A stretch of 64,000 nucleotides of DNA from contig OZ024743.1 of the NCBI GenBank assembly GCA_964016885.1, positions 314,216,001 through 314,280,000 of the forward strand. Direction: 5' to 3'. This document shows positions 42,993 through 57,637 of this stretch, piece after piece (positions within the stretch are counted from its first letter, which is position 1; each line of letters starts with the position of its first letter). The position numbers and the translations under genes were made by a program. The DNA is from Eledone cirrhosa (lineage: Eukaryota). Under the pieces are notes generated by a model that did not search any database, was not told the origin of the DNA, and saw nothing but the letters and a program-made list of their open reading frames with translations.

Positions 42993-45210
42993 TTATTATT
43001 ATTATTATTCTTTGAGTCTCAGTCATTGATGTTAGTTAACTGGAAAGTTTGTTGAAATGAATATCAAGCCACTACCTGCAGTCTCAGATATTCAGGACAT
43101 ATCGGAGGGTTTTTGCTGTTCCCAGCAAGCATGCCTTTTGAAGCGTTCCAAATAGCGTGAAGAGGCCAATTTTCTTTAACCATCCCTGGAAACTTTTTGA
43201 GATAGTCCCTAGTGCGCCTATGACAATCGGGTTCACTTTGACTTCATGGCAGTTCCAAATCCTTTTTACCTCCCACTTTAAGTCCTGGTATCGGTTAATT
43301 TTCTCCTTCTCCTTCTCTTGCACTCTCGTGTCGAATGGGCAGGCCACATCCACAATCAGACACTATATTTTTTCTTTGTCCACAACCACCAGGTCAGGTC
43401 TATTGTGTTCCAGTTTCTTGTCCGTCTGTATCCTAAAATCCCACAGCACCTTCACCTGATCGTTTTCTATCACCGCCTCTGGCTTATGCTCATACCACTT
43501 CTCAGAATGTGGTAAATTGTTTACTTTGCATAGGTGCCAGTGGATCACCCTGCCCATCACATCATGTCTCCAGCCCTTATAGTGAGTCTGGGCTAGGTGT
43601 TTACACTCGGATACAATGTGAGCCACAGTCTCCTCTCTCTCTCCACAGATCCTGCACAGTGGGCTAGCCTCCTCTTTGTAGATGTGGTGTTTCAACCACT
43701 TCGTTTTGAGGGTTTTCTCCTGCGCAGCCATTAACATTCCTTCTGGAGCCTTTTAAGGTCTCCTCTTTTCAACCAGTTCCATGTCTGGGATCTCTGAATT
43801 CAGTTTTCTCAAAGAAGGTACTATGAAGGGATTTTTCCTGAAGGCTGCTCTTTCTACTTGATGTTATTTCCTCCTTGGACATCCCCTGGTCTATTGTCCC
43901 CTCCTTCAGTACAGTTCTGAGCATTGGCTCCTTATTATCAGTAACGTATTTGTGTAGGTTGCTTTTCTCCATCTGAACACAGTCCTCTATGCTGATAAGA
44001 CCTCTTCCACCTTCAGATCTCCTTAAGTAGAGTCTATCGACATCACTCGTATTGTGGAACATGTTGTAGATAGTCAATAGCTTCCTAGTCTTCCTATCCA
44101 TTTCTTTTTGTTCAGCAACATTCCATCTCAGAATTCTCGCACTGTACCTAATAATAGACACAGCTCGGGAATTTACTGCACTTATGGCATTCCTACTGTT
44201 CAGATGTGACTTTAATACGCTCCTTACTGTCCGAATGTATTCAGTTCCTATCAATTCCTTCATTTCTTTGATCTTGATGTCATCAGCCTCCAGAACACCC
44301 AAATACTTGTATCCTTCTTCAGAGTCAATTTCCTTTATCATCTCACCTGGTGGTACCTGGATTCCGTTACTTCTGCTCAATTTACCCCTCTTCATCACAA
44401 TGTCTCCACACTTACTAATACCAAATTGCATACATATATCACTGCTGAAAATACGGACAGTGTCAACAAGCACATCCAACACCTTCTCACTTTTCCCAAA
44501 GAGTTTAAGATCGTCCATGAAGAGGGGGTGATTGATGGTAAGCCCTCCCCCTCGTAACCTGTATCCTGCTCTCACTTTTCGCAGTACACAGGCTATCTCC
44601 CTGGAAGATACCTCTCTTGATCTTCACGCTTCCCAAGGTTCTCCAGTTGATATCAACTCTGTTTCCCAGGACCTCATACTCTTGCCCAACAACTGTCTGA
44701 TGTTATCTGCCACCTTGAGGATCTCCAGGCTTTTGGTGATCCAAGAATGAGCCACCATGTCAAATGCCTTTCTGTAGTCTGTCCATCCCATGGCAAGATC
44801 AGTGTGTCTCCTCCTGCAATTCCCCGTTACCATCTTATCGATAAGTAACTGGTCCTTTGTACCACGTGACTTCTTTCGGCATCCTTTCTGTACGTCCGGT
44901 AACAAGTTGTTTGTGTGGAGGTGATGGTAGATTTCGTCAGACATAATGCTCGTCAACAGTTTCCACATTACGGACAGACATGTGATAGGTCTATAGTTGG
45001 TAACATCATTACCCTTGATTCGGTCTTTCATTATCAGAACTGTGGTACTTTTTGTCAACCACTCTGGTACCTCACCTGACATCAAGCAGTCATTGAACAT
45101 GGTTGTCAGTTTCGGGTGGAGGGATGTTATATTTTTAATCCAATACCCCTGCACACCATCTGGGCCTGGTGATTTCCAGTTGGTTAGTTTTTTGGCCTGC
45201 CCTTAAGAGT
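42993..45210 (-). mobile_element. 5'-truncated R4/Dong-like non-LTR retrotransposon (RT + CCHC + restriction-like endonuclease) ending in (TAA)n
   Basis: SPGPDG, YRPITCL, DQLLIDK, DYRKAFD, LFMDDLKL, CRICGEREETVAHIVSEC, RHD, RPDLV, DVACPFD..EKEK..RYQDL; TAA repeats at 42993-43009. Confidence 0.9.
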
Positions 45211-45932
45211 TTCAACTGTGATACTCAAATCAGTTCGTTGGTGTGCCTACTCACCGATCTCTCTCTGTACTGTCTCAATCCACACTGCCTGGTCATTATG
45301 TCTAACATCCTGCTCCCATATTCCTCTCCAGAATGTTTTAGTTTGTTCCGCCTCAGGGATCAAGTCGTTGCCTCTTTTTCCCTTCTCTTCTCTGTCCGTC
45401 CGCTTGTTTCTCTCTTCATTCTTATTTTCTTTACGTTTTTTGTTTTTGTTTTTCTCTGTTTGTTTTGTTTTTTGTTGTTGCTGTGCTGCTTTGGTTTTGA
45501 TTTTTGTTTTTTCTTTTGAGTCTATCTATCTATTTTGATGCCTTCCTCTTTTTTAGTAGGAATTCTATAATGTGGTGGCAGTGCTGTGCGAGCAGCAACT
45601 AGCAGGAAGCAATGGGAGAGAATAGCGGCGGTAGCGATACTGAGGCAGTGGTGGTGGTGATGTCGATACTGAGGCTGTGGTGGTGGTGATGTGATCGTAT
45701 TACTGTAGTGATGGTGTTGTAGCGGTGGTAGCAATGAAGGAGTGGGGGCGGCGGTTATGGGATAGTGGTAGTAATGATGGGTGGGCGGCTGCGGCGGTGA
45801 CTGTATTGATGGCGTTGTCGTTACTGATGTCCATTCGGTGACTCTATGGGGTTAGTCCCGTACATGTGTTGACATAAATTCCCTTTATGTTGGAATTAAA
45901 CATTTTGTTAAAACTGGGGACAATAATAATAG

Positions 45933-46066
<134 letters not shown>

Positions 46067-46646
46067 GTTTTACAAGGATGCAATTCACTGCGAGCACTCG
46101 AGGTCATATTACTTCTTAGAAAGAAGGATGATGGAGTATATTCATAAAGAGAACAATACGAAGTCGTAAGTGTTAGGGTTGTGAAAGTTAGAAGTCTAGA
46201 ACAAAAAACATACATTTTATTAGTCCTCTCCCTCCTACCATAAAGGAGTATGCATGCACTGAAATTCTGTTGGACACCAAAGTTAACAGTAAAGGAATTT
46301 GGCTGATTTGAACTCCCACTGACCGTATAGTGTTGTCGGCTGAGTAGGTGGAGGACCGGTAGCTAGAGAGAACAAATAAGGTTAGAAATATTCTGGTTGG
46401 TAGTTGAGTGGTCAGCCACTCACACCTCTGTAGGGCTGTCGATAGGTTCTGAACGTTAGAAGCGAGTAGACATCCAATACAAAAACATACATCTTTTAGT
46501 GCGCTCCCTTCCACGCTTAATTGTCACGCACATGCTCCCTCTTACTTCAATTTTTGATGTCTGAAGAAATCACGGTATCTATCGCCATGGAAATATAACA
46601 GCTCATTTAATAAACGACTCTAACATCTACAACTTCGCATTTTCCT

Positions 46647-46696
<50 letters not shown>

Positions 46697-46835
46697 GTTA
46701 TTCCGGGTTGAATCGGAGGTAACCACAGTAAGTAAGGTACTCAATACATAGCAGAGTATAAAAGTTTTAATATAGATGAGATTCTACAGGACTAGAATTG
46801 TTTCATTCATTAGAAATCATGAGGAATCCCATCAG

Positions 46836-46884
46836 GATTCCTGATGATTTCTAATGAATGAAACAGTTCTAGTCCTGTAGAATC
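46836..46884 (+). ncRNA. Type I hammerhead ribozyme in a fold-back element (46697-47030)
   Basis: gattc-CTGATGA-t-ttc-taat-gaa-t-GAAACA-gttctagtcc-TGTA-gaatc; the mirror copy at about 46780-46828 has a core substitution. Confidence 0.82.
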
Positions 46885-46887
46885 TCA

Positions 46888-46926
<39 letters not shown>

Positions 46927-47474
46927 TACTACAGGACTAGAACTGTTTCATTCTTGAGAAACTTTTATACTCTGCTATGTATTGAGTACCTTACTTACTG
47001 TGGTTACCTCCGATTCAACCCGGAATAACTTACCTATATATATATATAAATATATATATATCTTCTACGGCTTTGATATAAATACCCCCTCCGCTTTTGT
47101 GGTATTTTTTCTTGGTTGTAAGAAGCTTAGCTCTGTTTCTTGACCGCTGTATCACGTGATTGACTCCCCCTCCGCCTTTCGGGATTCTATCTCGCGTCCT
47201 ACGGATGTGTTTTGAAACTCTAAACGAGGTATCCTCTTCATAAGTCGGCAAACCTTACAAAAATACTGTATCTCTTTGATGAAGTGTTTTTGCATAATAA
47301 GCCACGAAACTACGTAGTCGAGGAGTAATTAAGAAATTTGGGTATGGTATATCTTATTAATTATATCTAATGTTTCTTCTTTCTTTAGTCAAAATACGGC
47401 GATAGCTTACATTTATAATTTCAAACTCGCTCGCTGTTTCGAAAATATTCTTACTTGATATTTATATATATAAT

Positions 47475-48370
47475 AACAGCAGTACCCAGCGTTGCCTGGA
47501 TAGCTGAAATAATATCTGCTCAGATGAAAAGGTGTTGATCTTAGCGATTGCGATTTTCTTGAAAATCGGTCGTAAGGTGTAGCAAATGGCGAAATGTTTA
47601 GTGAAATCGTATGGAATATGTGGGAGGTGGAAAAAATCGTATTTTGAAGAGTTAAACGACTGCCACGTCGTCCCTGAACAAAAAATGCAAAGTGTATAGC
47701 TACGATAAGAGATGCAATGTTAGGTTCTATCGTAGTATAAAAGTTGAACCAAATAAATTGATTTATGTGTGAGGTGGAGACGAAGTTTCGAATATGTACG
47801 AATTCGGTTGAAAAATGTGGGAGCTAGAGCCGAAAAGGCGGACATTTGAACGAAAAGGTGGTATTTTCGAATATTTAAGCGGCTGCCACGCCGTTCCTGA
47901 ACAATAAGATCCACAATGTAAAGCCCCATGAAGACGTGAAATAATCGGATCTAGCGTAGCCTAAAATTTGAACAATGTAGGTTGATTAATGTGGGAGCTA
48001 GAGCCGAAAACGTGGAAATTTGAGTCTAAAAGTGGTACTTTTGAATATTTAAGCGGCTGCCACGCCGTCTATGAATAACAAATGCAAAATATAAAGCCAT
48101 TACAGGATGTGCAATGATAAACTCTATTTTGCTTTAAACTTTGAACGAAATAGGTGTCAACATGTGGGAGCTAGAGCCAAAAATCTTATTTTTCGCTACC
48201 TAAAAAAAGGTGACTCCCCTATAGATTTTTATCTGCAGAATGACCCTGGAATAAAAAAAAACGATACCCTGATATATAGAAAACACTCCCGGATGACTAA
48301 TCTATGAGCCTGTAAAGTTTCATGAAAATCGGTCGTAAGATGTAGGCCCCTATAGGTAATACACACACAC

Positions 48371-48452
<82 letters not shown>

Positions 48453-48473
48453 TTAATTTTATATATATACAGA
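47475..48473 (-). mobile_element. Non-autonomous Helitron with about 180-bp internal repeats and a (TG)n tract
   Basis: Minus-strand start A|TCTGTATATATATAAAAT then (TG)n; far end has hairpin ccaggcaacgctggg with a decayed CTAG. Confidence 0.7.
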
Positions 48474-49749
48474 TATATATATATGTGTGTGTGTGTGTGT
48501 TATGTATTTCCGTTCTTCTGTTAGAATCGTCTAACTTCGTGACACCTTAGGCAATGGAATAATTATATTGTGTTTTTATTACACAATTAAATATTATATA
48601 TATATAAATATATAAGATGTTGATTAACCAAATCCGATTTGGTAGTTCTTGACGGAGTACACCTACAAAATAGATAATAGTGAAGGACTGAATATGAGGG
48701 CTGGCCAGCTATATGTGAACAAGCTCTATTCTGGCCCCCGTATTGATAAGCTATAGTAGTTGCTTGACTTTATCTCTAAACTCGTATCGGTTGTTACGTG
48801 GTTATCACATCACCTAATTATTGACAACAGAGAAATATGTATGAATGAATAATTTTATGCACAATTTCATATAGCTGCTAATATTTAATATATATATATA
48901 TATTCGCATGTGTTTGTGAGTGTGTCCTGTTTATTAAGTATAACATAATTGTAAATTGATAGGCAGGAATTATAAACATAAAGATATTGTGCATTCATGT
49001 GAAATATATTCCAAAATCATTACTGTTGTCGGTAAAGAAAGAAATGTGAACTGAACAGTTATAGCAACCGTTTCAGTCGATTATGTGGAATAAATATTAC
49101 TCTTGTCTAATAAATAATACAATACAAATATAACGGTTATATAACAAGAATTGATCTTAATTACGTAATTATGTTAACCAAAATCATGATTTGTTCATTT
49201 TGGGAATATCAACTATTGTTTTCAGCGTTAAATTACTGTAATGTCATACAGTAATATAACATAGAACATTGATTAACATATCATGGACATGCATATACTT
49301 ATAATTAATGATACATAACTAATTTGTGCAATCCAGTCTTGTGTAATTTAAGATATGTGGTAGCTGCCGTGTCATATGACAGACAATGAGGAGTGTAGAC
49401 ATGTTTGTGCAAATAATTTCGCATTAAAATATCAATATTACCGATTTTAATTAATGATATCTAAGCTGCATTTAAAAGAAGCAATGAAATAGAATATCGT
49501 TTTCTTCAGAGATTTTGTCATTTCTTCAAGGCCAGGATATCACATATGTTCAAAAGCAGTATATCTATGGCTTTCCATTTCCCCGTAACACCTGGGTTAG
49601 TCGCAAGGACACCATATTAACAACGGCATTTCTAGGGCACTTTTAAGTCTAGCAGAGCTCATTTCTTCTCCAAGTCTGAATACAGCAAATTTCTACCCGA
49701 GAAAGGTAGAGAGTGAGCTAAAGAAAGTGAGAAAGAGACATAGAGGAGG

Positions 49750-49860
49750 AATCGACAGGGGAAAGAACGCGTGCACGGTAGTGGAAGTTAGCTGCCCAGC
49801 AGATGCCAATATAATATCAAAGATTAACGAAAAGGAGAATAATTATGTAGAACTAATGAG
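49750..49860 (+). pseudogene. Small restriction-like endonuclease LINE fragment
   Basis: IDRGKNACTVVEVSCPADANIISKINEKENNY resembles the RLE motif. Confidence 0.6.
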
Positions 49861-50775
49861 TGTAGTGCATTTTTCCCTGGTGCTGATACATCAAAGCAGT
49901 ATTTTCCAAGCTTATTGTGAGGCCCAAAGTGCTGAAAGCTTCAGAAAAAGAGTTGATAATATTCTGCATGACTCTTTATGAGTGTGCAAAAAGATCGCAG
50001 TCATCTGCATAAAAACTCTCGGATTATAGATGTTAATACCTTTGTGTTTGCACCAAAGCGCCTGATGTTGAACAACCTTAGGGAAGTGCAATACCTGATG
50101 TAAACTCCATGCGAACAATTTTTCCAGAATGCCATGAGAAAAACTATCGTAAAATATAAGGAACACAGAGTTGGAACCGGAATGTCCACCTGCTTCTCTC
50201 CATTTTCAACTGATATTGGTTCAAAGATACTATCACCAATACTGACCCAAGCCTTTATGTCATCATGAAAAAGACGCAGAATCCTCACAAACTTAGAAGG
50301 GCAGCCAATCCTATGCACTGCAGAAGTCACCTCTGCAAAAGAAGGTACATCAGCCATATAATGCTTCACTGGTTCAATAGAAATAGAGCAAATGAAGTCA
50401 TCATCAACCTGGGATGGCTGGTACAAGAGCTCATCAAATTGATCCCTCCATCTGTCGAGTATGTCTTTTGGATCGCGCAGTAACTGCTTGCCATATTTTG
50501 ATCTCAACGGTGTCACTGGTGAGCTGAAAGGGCCATGCACTTCTCTAAGTAGAGTGTGCAGCAGTTTCACATTGTTGTCATCAGATGCTGCTTGAACTTC
50601 ATCTTGTTTGTTGCTCCATCAGATATTTTTCATGGCCCTGAGTAACGCTCATAATTGTCAAAAACAGAGGTACCACTTTTAAGAACTGCATCGAGAGCCG
50701 TTTGTATTCTGTCCAGCAGAACCTTGACCTCCCGGTCCTTCTCATCAAACCATTCCATGTGTTTTCTTGTGACAT
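49860..50775 (-). pseudogene. RTE (BovB-like) LINE fragment
   Basis: WFDEKD, ILDRWRDQFDELL, GCPSKFVRILRLFHDD, ENGEKQ, IIREFL. Confidence 0.8.
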
Positions 50776-50802
50776 CATAAACCGTGTATGTGTATGTGTG
50801 TG

Positions 50803-50862
<60 letters not shown>

Positions 50863-51465
50863 TGCGTATCTGTGTGAGTTTGTGTGTACATGTGTGTGTG
50901 TATGCTTATATATAGTTGATGTGCAAAATCTGATACAATTTTCTTTGTATAATTTAGCAACGCGTGTATTCTGTCAAATATTTTTTAAAATTATAGTAGT
51001 TTAGATTTATTTAACAAAATATATAAAAATTATATTAGGTTAAATTCTGGTACAATATTGCAAATAGATTCATTTACGTGGAGTGTGGATTCATTGAAAG
51101 TGCTTTCATGTGTGATGAAAATTAATTTAGATCGGAGACCATAATTGTAATTATTGATAAAAAGGTGAGGTTTCATGCAAATATATAGCCGTCAAAGAGA
51201 CAAAATTACACGCAAGTCACAGCAGAAGGAAGAAGACAACCTGAAACTTTAAACTGAAGTTGTTTAAAGTGATTTGGGAATACATAATTGAGAAATAATT
51301 GAAAACGTGTATTGACAAGTGACAGCAAATTTAATTTAAGGAAAATAAATATTAATGCCTTGTTTAATTATAATGTATAATTATAAATGGATAGCAGACA
51401 ACCAGCTTTTACGTTTCAAACATATTGGAAGCATAAACAAATATGAAGAACATATATATATACAA

Positions 51466-51564
<99 letters not shown>

Positions 51565-51879
51565 TGTGTGTATGTGTGTGTGTATGTGTGTGTGTGTGTG
51601 TGTAAATATCGACTTTTTTAAAAACCAAAAACGAATAATTTCGACAACAAATATCATATATATATATATATTTCTCCATTTTTCCATAGCTGAACCAAAA
51701 CTCTCTGCACCCCCCTCTCTCTGTATATATATATATATATAATAAGGGTTGACGGATCCACCATATTTATCAATGCCAGTACCGGTTGTATCTCAGCGCA
51801 CTCAATGGGCAATGTAAGATACATTACCAGAGTATATTTGCCTCAAAATAACACACGTAAAACGGCTGCCTATAAGGTT

Positions 51880-51989
51880 CTGGGACTCGAGTTTCTGCCG
51901 CACTAATTCAGCAGTAAGGTGCACAGCACCATCTGTCTGCATATATTATGCAATAATGCACAATCGGCTTATGCGACTTCATCAGCGGG
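51880..51989 (-). ncRNA. HHR core with a long stem II, stem I degenerate
   Basis: Reverse complement CTGATGA-a-gtcgca...tgcggc-a-GAAAC-TCGA-GTC. Confidence 0.6.
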
Positions 51990-52277
51990 TATCGCCTAAT
52001 CAATAACCAATCGATCGACAGAATCCAAACACCGGCCCGTACCGGTCATGACTGTTTGTGACAACCGACACAGTAAAGCGATTAGCAACTGGAAACCGAT
52101 AGGACTCTATCTCTCAACTAGCCATTGATTTACAAATTTTACGTGGGGACGGGAAGCTAAATATATATATAGGACTAGAGTCTGAAACGTTAAGACTTTC
52201 TCCCTGCTATATCAAGCGTTAACCTAATATATCCCTTCCATATACTGTAGCGATGGTTTCGTTTTTTCTGTTTACAT

Positions 52278-52462
<185 letters not shown>

Positions 52463-52525
52463 AGATGAAATCGAAACTGCAACTGGAGTCTTATTTTTTT
52501 TAAAAATATATATATTTATTTGTTT

Positions 52526-52563
52526 CCTTTACCGGTTTCGCAGTTCTTCTGCTTTTCAAAAGG
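52526..52563 (-). ncRNA. HHR with compensatory U3-A8 core
   Basis: Reverse complement cctt-TTGAAAA-gcag-aagaa-ctgc-GAAAC-CG-GTA-aagg. Confidence 0.8.
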
Positions 52564-52612
52564 TGAGTTGAGATGGAGGGTCTGTGGTTTACAGACCCTC
52601 CATCTCAACTCA

Positions 52613-52650
52613 CCTTTTGAAAAGCAGAAGAACTGCGAAACCAGTAGAGG
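52613..52650 (+). ncRNA. HHR with compensatory U3-A8 core (mirror arm of palindrome 52460-52715)
   Basis: cctt-TTGAAAA-gcag-aagaa-ctgc-GAAAC-CA-GTA-gagg. Confidence 0.75.
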
Positions 52651-52781
52651 AAACAAATAAATATATATATTTAAAAAAAAAATAAGACTCCAGTTGCATT
52701 TTCGATTTCATCTCTTTTTCTTTATACTTTCACTCGTGTAGGACACCTCGGTTATTTTTCATTTTGTAAAAAAAACCTCAC

Positions 52782-52833
<52 letters not shown>

Positions 52834-52997
52834 AATAAATATATCTACCGACATATGTATACAGATGCATACCTACGCTAGCAGATATATATGTTTCGTC
52901 TTAGTAACTTTGTAGTTCTATGCAGGGGAATGCAGAACAATTATATGAAAGACCTAAATAAGAAAGTTATGAAAATTGACTTACTTACTAAAATTCC

Positions 52998-53076
52998 ACT
53001 CCAACTAATTAGTTTCTGTAAGGGGATAAATACAGTTATGTAATACCTGTAGAGAAGCCTTACGTCATCAGGGAGT
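52998..53076 (-). ncRNA. Type I HHR with extended stem II; second copy at 53617-53695 (+, C3U)
   Basis: Reverse complement actcc-CTGATGA-c-gtaagg...ccttac-a-GAAAC-TAATTA-GTT-ggagt. Confidence 0.82.
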
Positions 53077-53742
53077 CTATTCTCAGCTAAGCCAACAGGC
53101 AATGCGTGGACACTGGAAGCTTATATAACAATAATTCAATCCCCTTACATAAACTAATTAGTTGGAGTGAAATTTTAGTAAGTAAGTCAATTTTCATAAC
53201 TTTCTTATTTACGTCTTTCATATAATTGTTCTGCATTCCCCTGCATAGAACTACAAAGTTACTAAGACAAAACATATATATCTGCTAGCGTAGGTATGCA
53301 TCTGTATACATATGTCGGTAGATATATTAATTCTTTAAATCCTCTCCAAATTATATGTTGAGCAAAATTTGCCAAATACTACTGTGACTGATAGTAGTAG
53401 CTAGGCTCTGTCTTAATAGCACCCCCACTCCAAGCTGGTTAACTTCAGTGTCACGTGATTAATTCTTTTGAATTTGCCACTTGACCAAGGAGGAGCGAAT
53501 TTTTCAGTGCTTAGAATCTAGCCCCGCTCGATTTTTTCGCTTTTTTCCATCCACTGAATTATTGTTATATAAGCTTCCAGTGTCCCCGCATTGCCTGTTG
53601 GCTTAGCTGAGAATAGACTCTTTGATGACGTAAGGTTTCTCTACAGGTATTACATAACTGTATTTATCCCCTTACAGAAACTAATTAGTTGGAGTGAAAT
53701 TTTAGTAAGTAAGTCAATTTTCATAACTTTCTTATTTACGTC

Positions 53743-53782
<40 letters not shown>

Positions 53783-53957
53783 GGGATAACAAGTTATCGT
53801 TTTAGGTAATCCAGCGAGAGGGTCTGACTACTCTGTACTATGGATAGTTTTTCGAGTGATTAGCGGCCTTTAGACTCACCTGATCAATGAAACAGTTGTT
53901 AATACTGTAAATAAAACCATTTTTGTACAGCCGACCATGTTTTTCTTCACTCTGTCA

Positions 53958-54095
<138 letters not shown>

Positions 54096-54328
54096 TATAT
54101 ATAGATATATAGATATATATATATAGAGAGAGAGAGAAAGAGAGAGAGAGATGTCACACAAATAATAATAAATACAGACAAATAAATAAATATGTAGATA
54201 TATATACATTAGAAAGAGACGAGGCCTGGCGATTGAGCTCTTGCCGTCGTTCTACAGTAAATCCAGAGTCTGGAATTAGCTGTCGAAACGTGTTCGGCCG
54301 TCGTTCCCCGGCTCTTTGTAATATAGTC

Positions 54329-54426
<98 letters not shown>

Positions 54427-54759
54427 ATTAAGCTGTTGGCTCTAACATACTTGTAGACATATAAGTATGTGCGTTTAGTATATCTAGCGTTATACCGTAT
54501 GTTTATTTGAAAGCTTTCCACTATGAATTTTGGAAACTGAAGACGTAGAGCCATTTGGCGGATTCCACCAGAAGCAAGGGTGGGTAACAGTCGACGAACA
54601 TCATTTCTGATTCTGGTCATTATCAAGACAGTACTCCCTTACGCTGCTCTCAAAGATAAGTCAGAAACGACATTCAAAAATTCAGAGCAGAAAGCTTTCA
54701 AATATTTACTCATAAACATACCATATATCGCTAGATATACAAAACAAAACACACACATA

Positions 54760-54893
<134 letters not shown>

Positions 54894-55003
54894 TATACAT
54901 ATATATATATATATATATGTTTATATCTAAATAATTACAACATATGTAAATAATTACAAATGGAAAACCAAGGTGGCCATATTGGTTTTCCATTTTTCTC
55001 ATG

Positions 55004-55053
55004 ACAGGCTGAAGAAATTGATGCCCAGAACCCAACGGAACTTGAGTACCTGT
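55004..55053 (+). ncRNA. Degenerate HHR (A13G)
   Basis: acagg-CTGAAGA-...-GGAAC-TTGA-GTA-cctgt. Confidence 0.55.
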
Positions 55054-55371
55054 TTATGTCACTGTTGTAATTATTTATACTAAAATCGTTCTGTGGACCG
55101 AGTGCTCTTATTCTTGGATATTTACACTTAACTTTTACTTCAGTATGTTTATATATATATATATATATATAGATAGATAGATAAATCTACCAAAATGTAC
55201 GGTAGTATCCAATCCGTATGAAGAACTCAATGTAATCCGAATATCATGAAAAGAGAAGATGTATTCAAAAAATTTTTTTTTTTTTCGATGAAAAATACAG
55301 GAAAACAGAGTCAAGATAAATTAATAAAAATAATGAATAAACAAAGAAACAGTTCCTTATATTAAAAAAAA

Positions 55372-55509
55372 TCATCATTTTACGATCGTTTCTAGGATAT
55401 AAATGTTAGTGTTGGTATGCATATCATATAGATCTATGTAAAATCTTTACAAACTATCAGAAGGAATATACATACCTCCACATATATATGCTGTCTTCAG
55501 AAATAATGA
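55372..55509 (-). ncRNA. HHR in the inverted pseudo-LTR (about 100-nt stem II)
   Basis: Mirror of 58664-58801. Confidence 0.72.
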
Positions 55510-57456
55510 TATTTGTTTATTGAAAAAAACCAACAAAGATTTAATACAATAGGTCTGTTTGGGAACAGGATTTGAATTGACCAATAGAAAGATAGTGAAG
55601 GTCAAGATGGTAAAATAGTAGTAATAGAGTCTTAATTTAGTGGTAGAGGAAGGTAGATTTCCGTTTTGGATGAAAAGAATATTATGAATGAAAGATTATT
55701 TTAGGGATGAAAATAGGTCATATGCTGTCTTCAGAAATAATTATATTTGTTCATTGAATAAAACCAACAAAGATTTAATATAATAGGTCTGTTTGGGAAC
55801 AGGTTTTGAATTGACCAGTGAAAGGTAATAACTGGCCAAATGGTATAATAGTAGTAATGGAACTTTAATTTAGGGGTAGAAGAAGGCAGATTTCAGTTTT
55901 GAATGGAAGGAGTATGATGAATGAAAAGGTTATTTTAGGGGTGAAAATAGGTCAGGTCGGTAAAAGGTACACGAAAAATTGCTGTTATAAAAGAATAATG
56001 CCATTGTAAATATCTAAGGAGACTAAAATTTTACGATAAAAGTGTTAGTGAAAAAAATATATATGGAATTTACATCTATGAAAATAAAATAAATTAATTA
56101 AATTGATAGGTATATTTATATTGATAAAATTATATTAATGCATATAGATATGATAAATAAGAGTTAGATGTAATAGAAGAGTGCTGTTAAAAACGAGGGG
56201 AAATAAAACACAAGTAAAGTAGTTAATTTCCTTGATATAACATTATACTTATCTACAGGTATCTACCAACCTTACCATAAACCTAACCAAAACTTACATT
56301 ACATACACTCACAATCTATCACCCTAAATCTATCCTTAAAAACCTAGCATATAATATCTCACTCAGAATTTCTAACCTTTCGTCTAACCAGGATGTATTT
56401 GATAAAAATGCGACCTTTTATAACGAAGCTTTAGCTAGAAGTGGCCACACAAATAAATTAGTATATATACCTTGTACCAATAACACTACAAACATACAAC
56501 CTAATATTACCAACAAACACCAAATGAAACATACACACCTAAATGCCACTCACACTATACCCAAAAATACCAACATAAAACTTAATTTCTCTAACTCTTC
56601 TAATATACAATATAGTAACTCTCAAAAAACTATTCATCCTACTACTCTAATAAATGTTAATAATAAAACTCCTAATAAACAAGCTAATACACCTAAATCA
56701 ATGAATCTAACTAAAAATGTGTGTGGTGAAGTCATTAACAATAATTCTCTTAATAAACATCAGGATACATCCTATAAAAATAATAAACAACATCGAAACC
56801 GCAATAGACGAGTTACTTGGTATAATGCTCCATTTAATTTACAAATTAAAGATAATATACCTAAAAAATGTTCTACTATCTAGAGAAGAACTTCCCGCCT
56901 AACCACAAATACCATCAAATTTTAAATAGATCAACTGTTCAATTCTCCTACTCAACAACCAAAAACATAAAACAAAATATAATTGCCTATAATACATATA
57001 AATGTAAAAAAAAACCATGAGTATGCCACCAATACATCAAACTAACCATAATATCTCCTCTGATACAGGATTCACGAAAAGTTGTAACTGTAGAAACAAA
57101 GCAAATTGCCCTTTAAAAGGAAATAGCCTTGTTAATAACATAGTATATAAATGTAAAGTTAACACTAAGGACTCAATTTATTCATATATAGGAGCCACCT
57201 CTAACCAATTTAAAGTAAGATTTAATACCCACAAACACAGTTTTAAAAATGCCGCATTAGCTAATACATCATCTTTAGCTGAAATAATTAATAATTATAG
57301 AAAGAGGAATATAGATTATGACCTGACCTGGAGTGTGCTCAAAAGGGCCACCCCTTATCAAAATAATAGATATGAATGTAGATTGTCGTGCCAAGAACTT
57401 TTCGGAATAATGAAATCTAAGGATATCCTATTAAATAAGCGACAGGAATAAATAAT

Positions 57457-57637
57457 TGTTTCTACTTTAGGCACAAGGCCAGCAATTACCCAGTGCATTA
57501 CTGGTACTTTATTTTATCGACCCCGTAAGGATGAAAGGCAAAGTCAACCTCGGCGGGATTTGAACTCAGATCGTAAAGGGACGTAACTATACTGGAAAGC
57601 ATGGCGTCCGACCCTCTACCGATACTGCCAAATCACC
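57457..57637 (-). mobile_element. Meta-like tRNA SINE inserted in the PLE endonuclease C-terminus, 18-bp target-site duplication
   Basis: gcgacaggaataaataat (57439-57456) versus gcgacaagaatgaataat (57638-57655). Confidence 0.9.
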
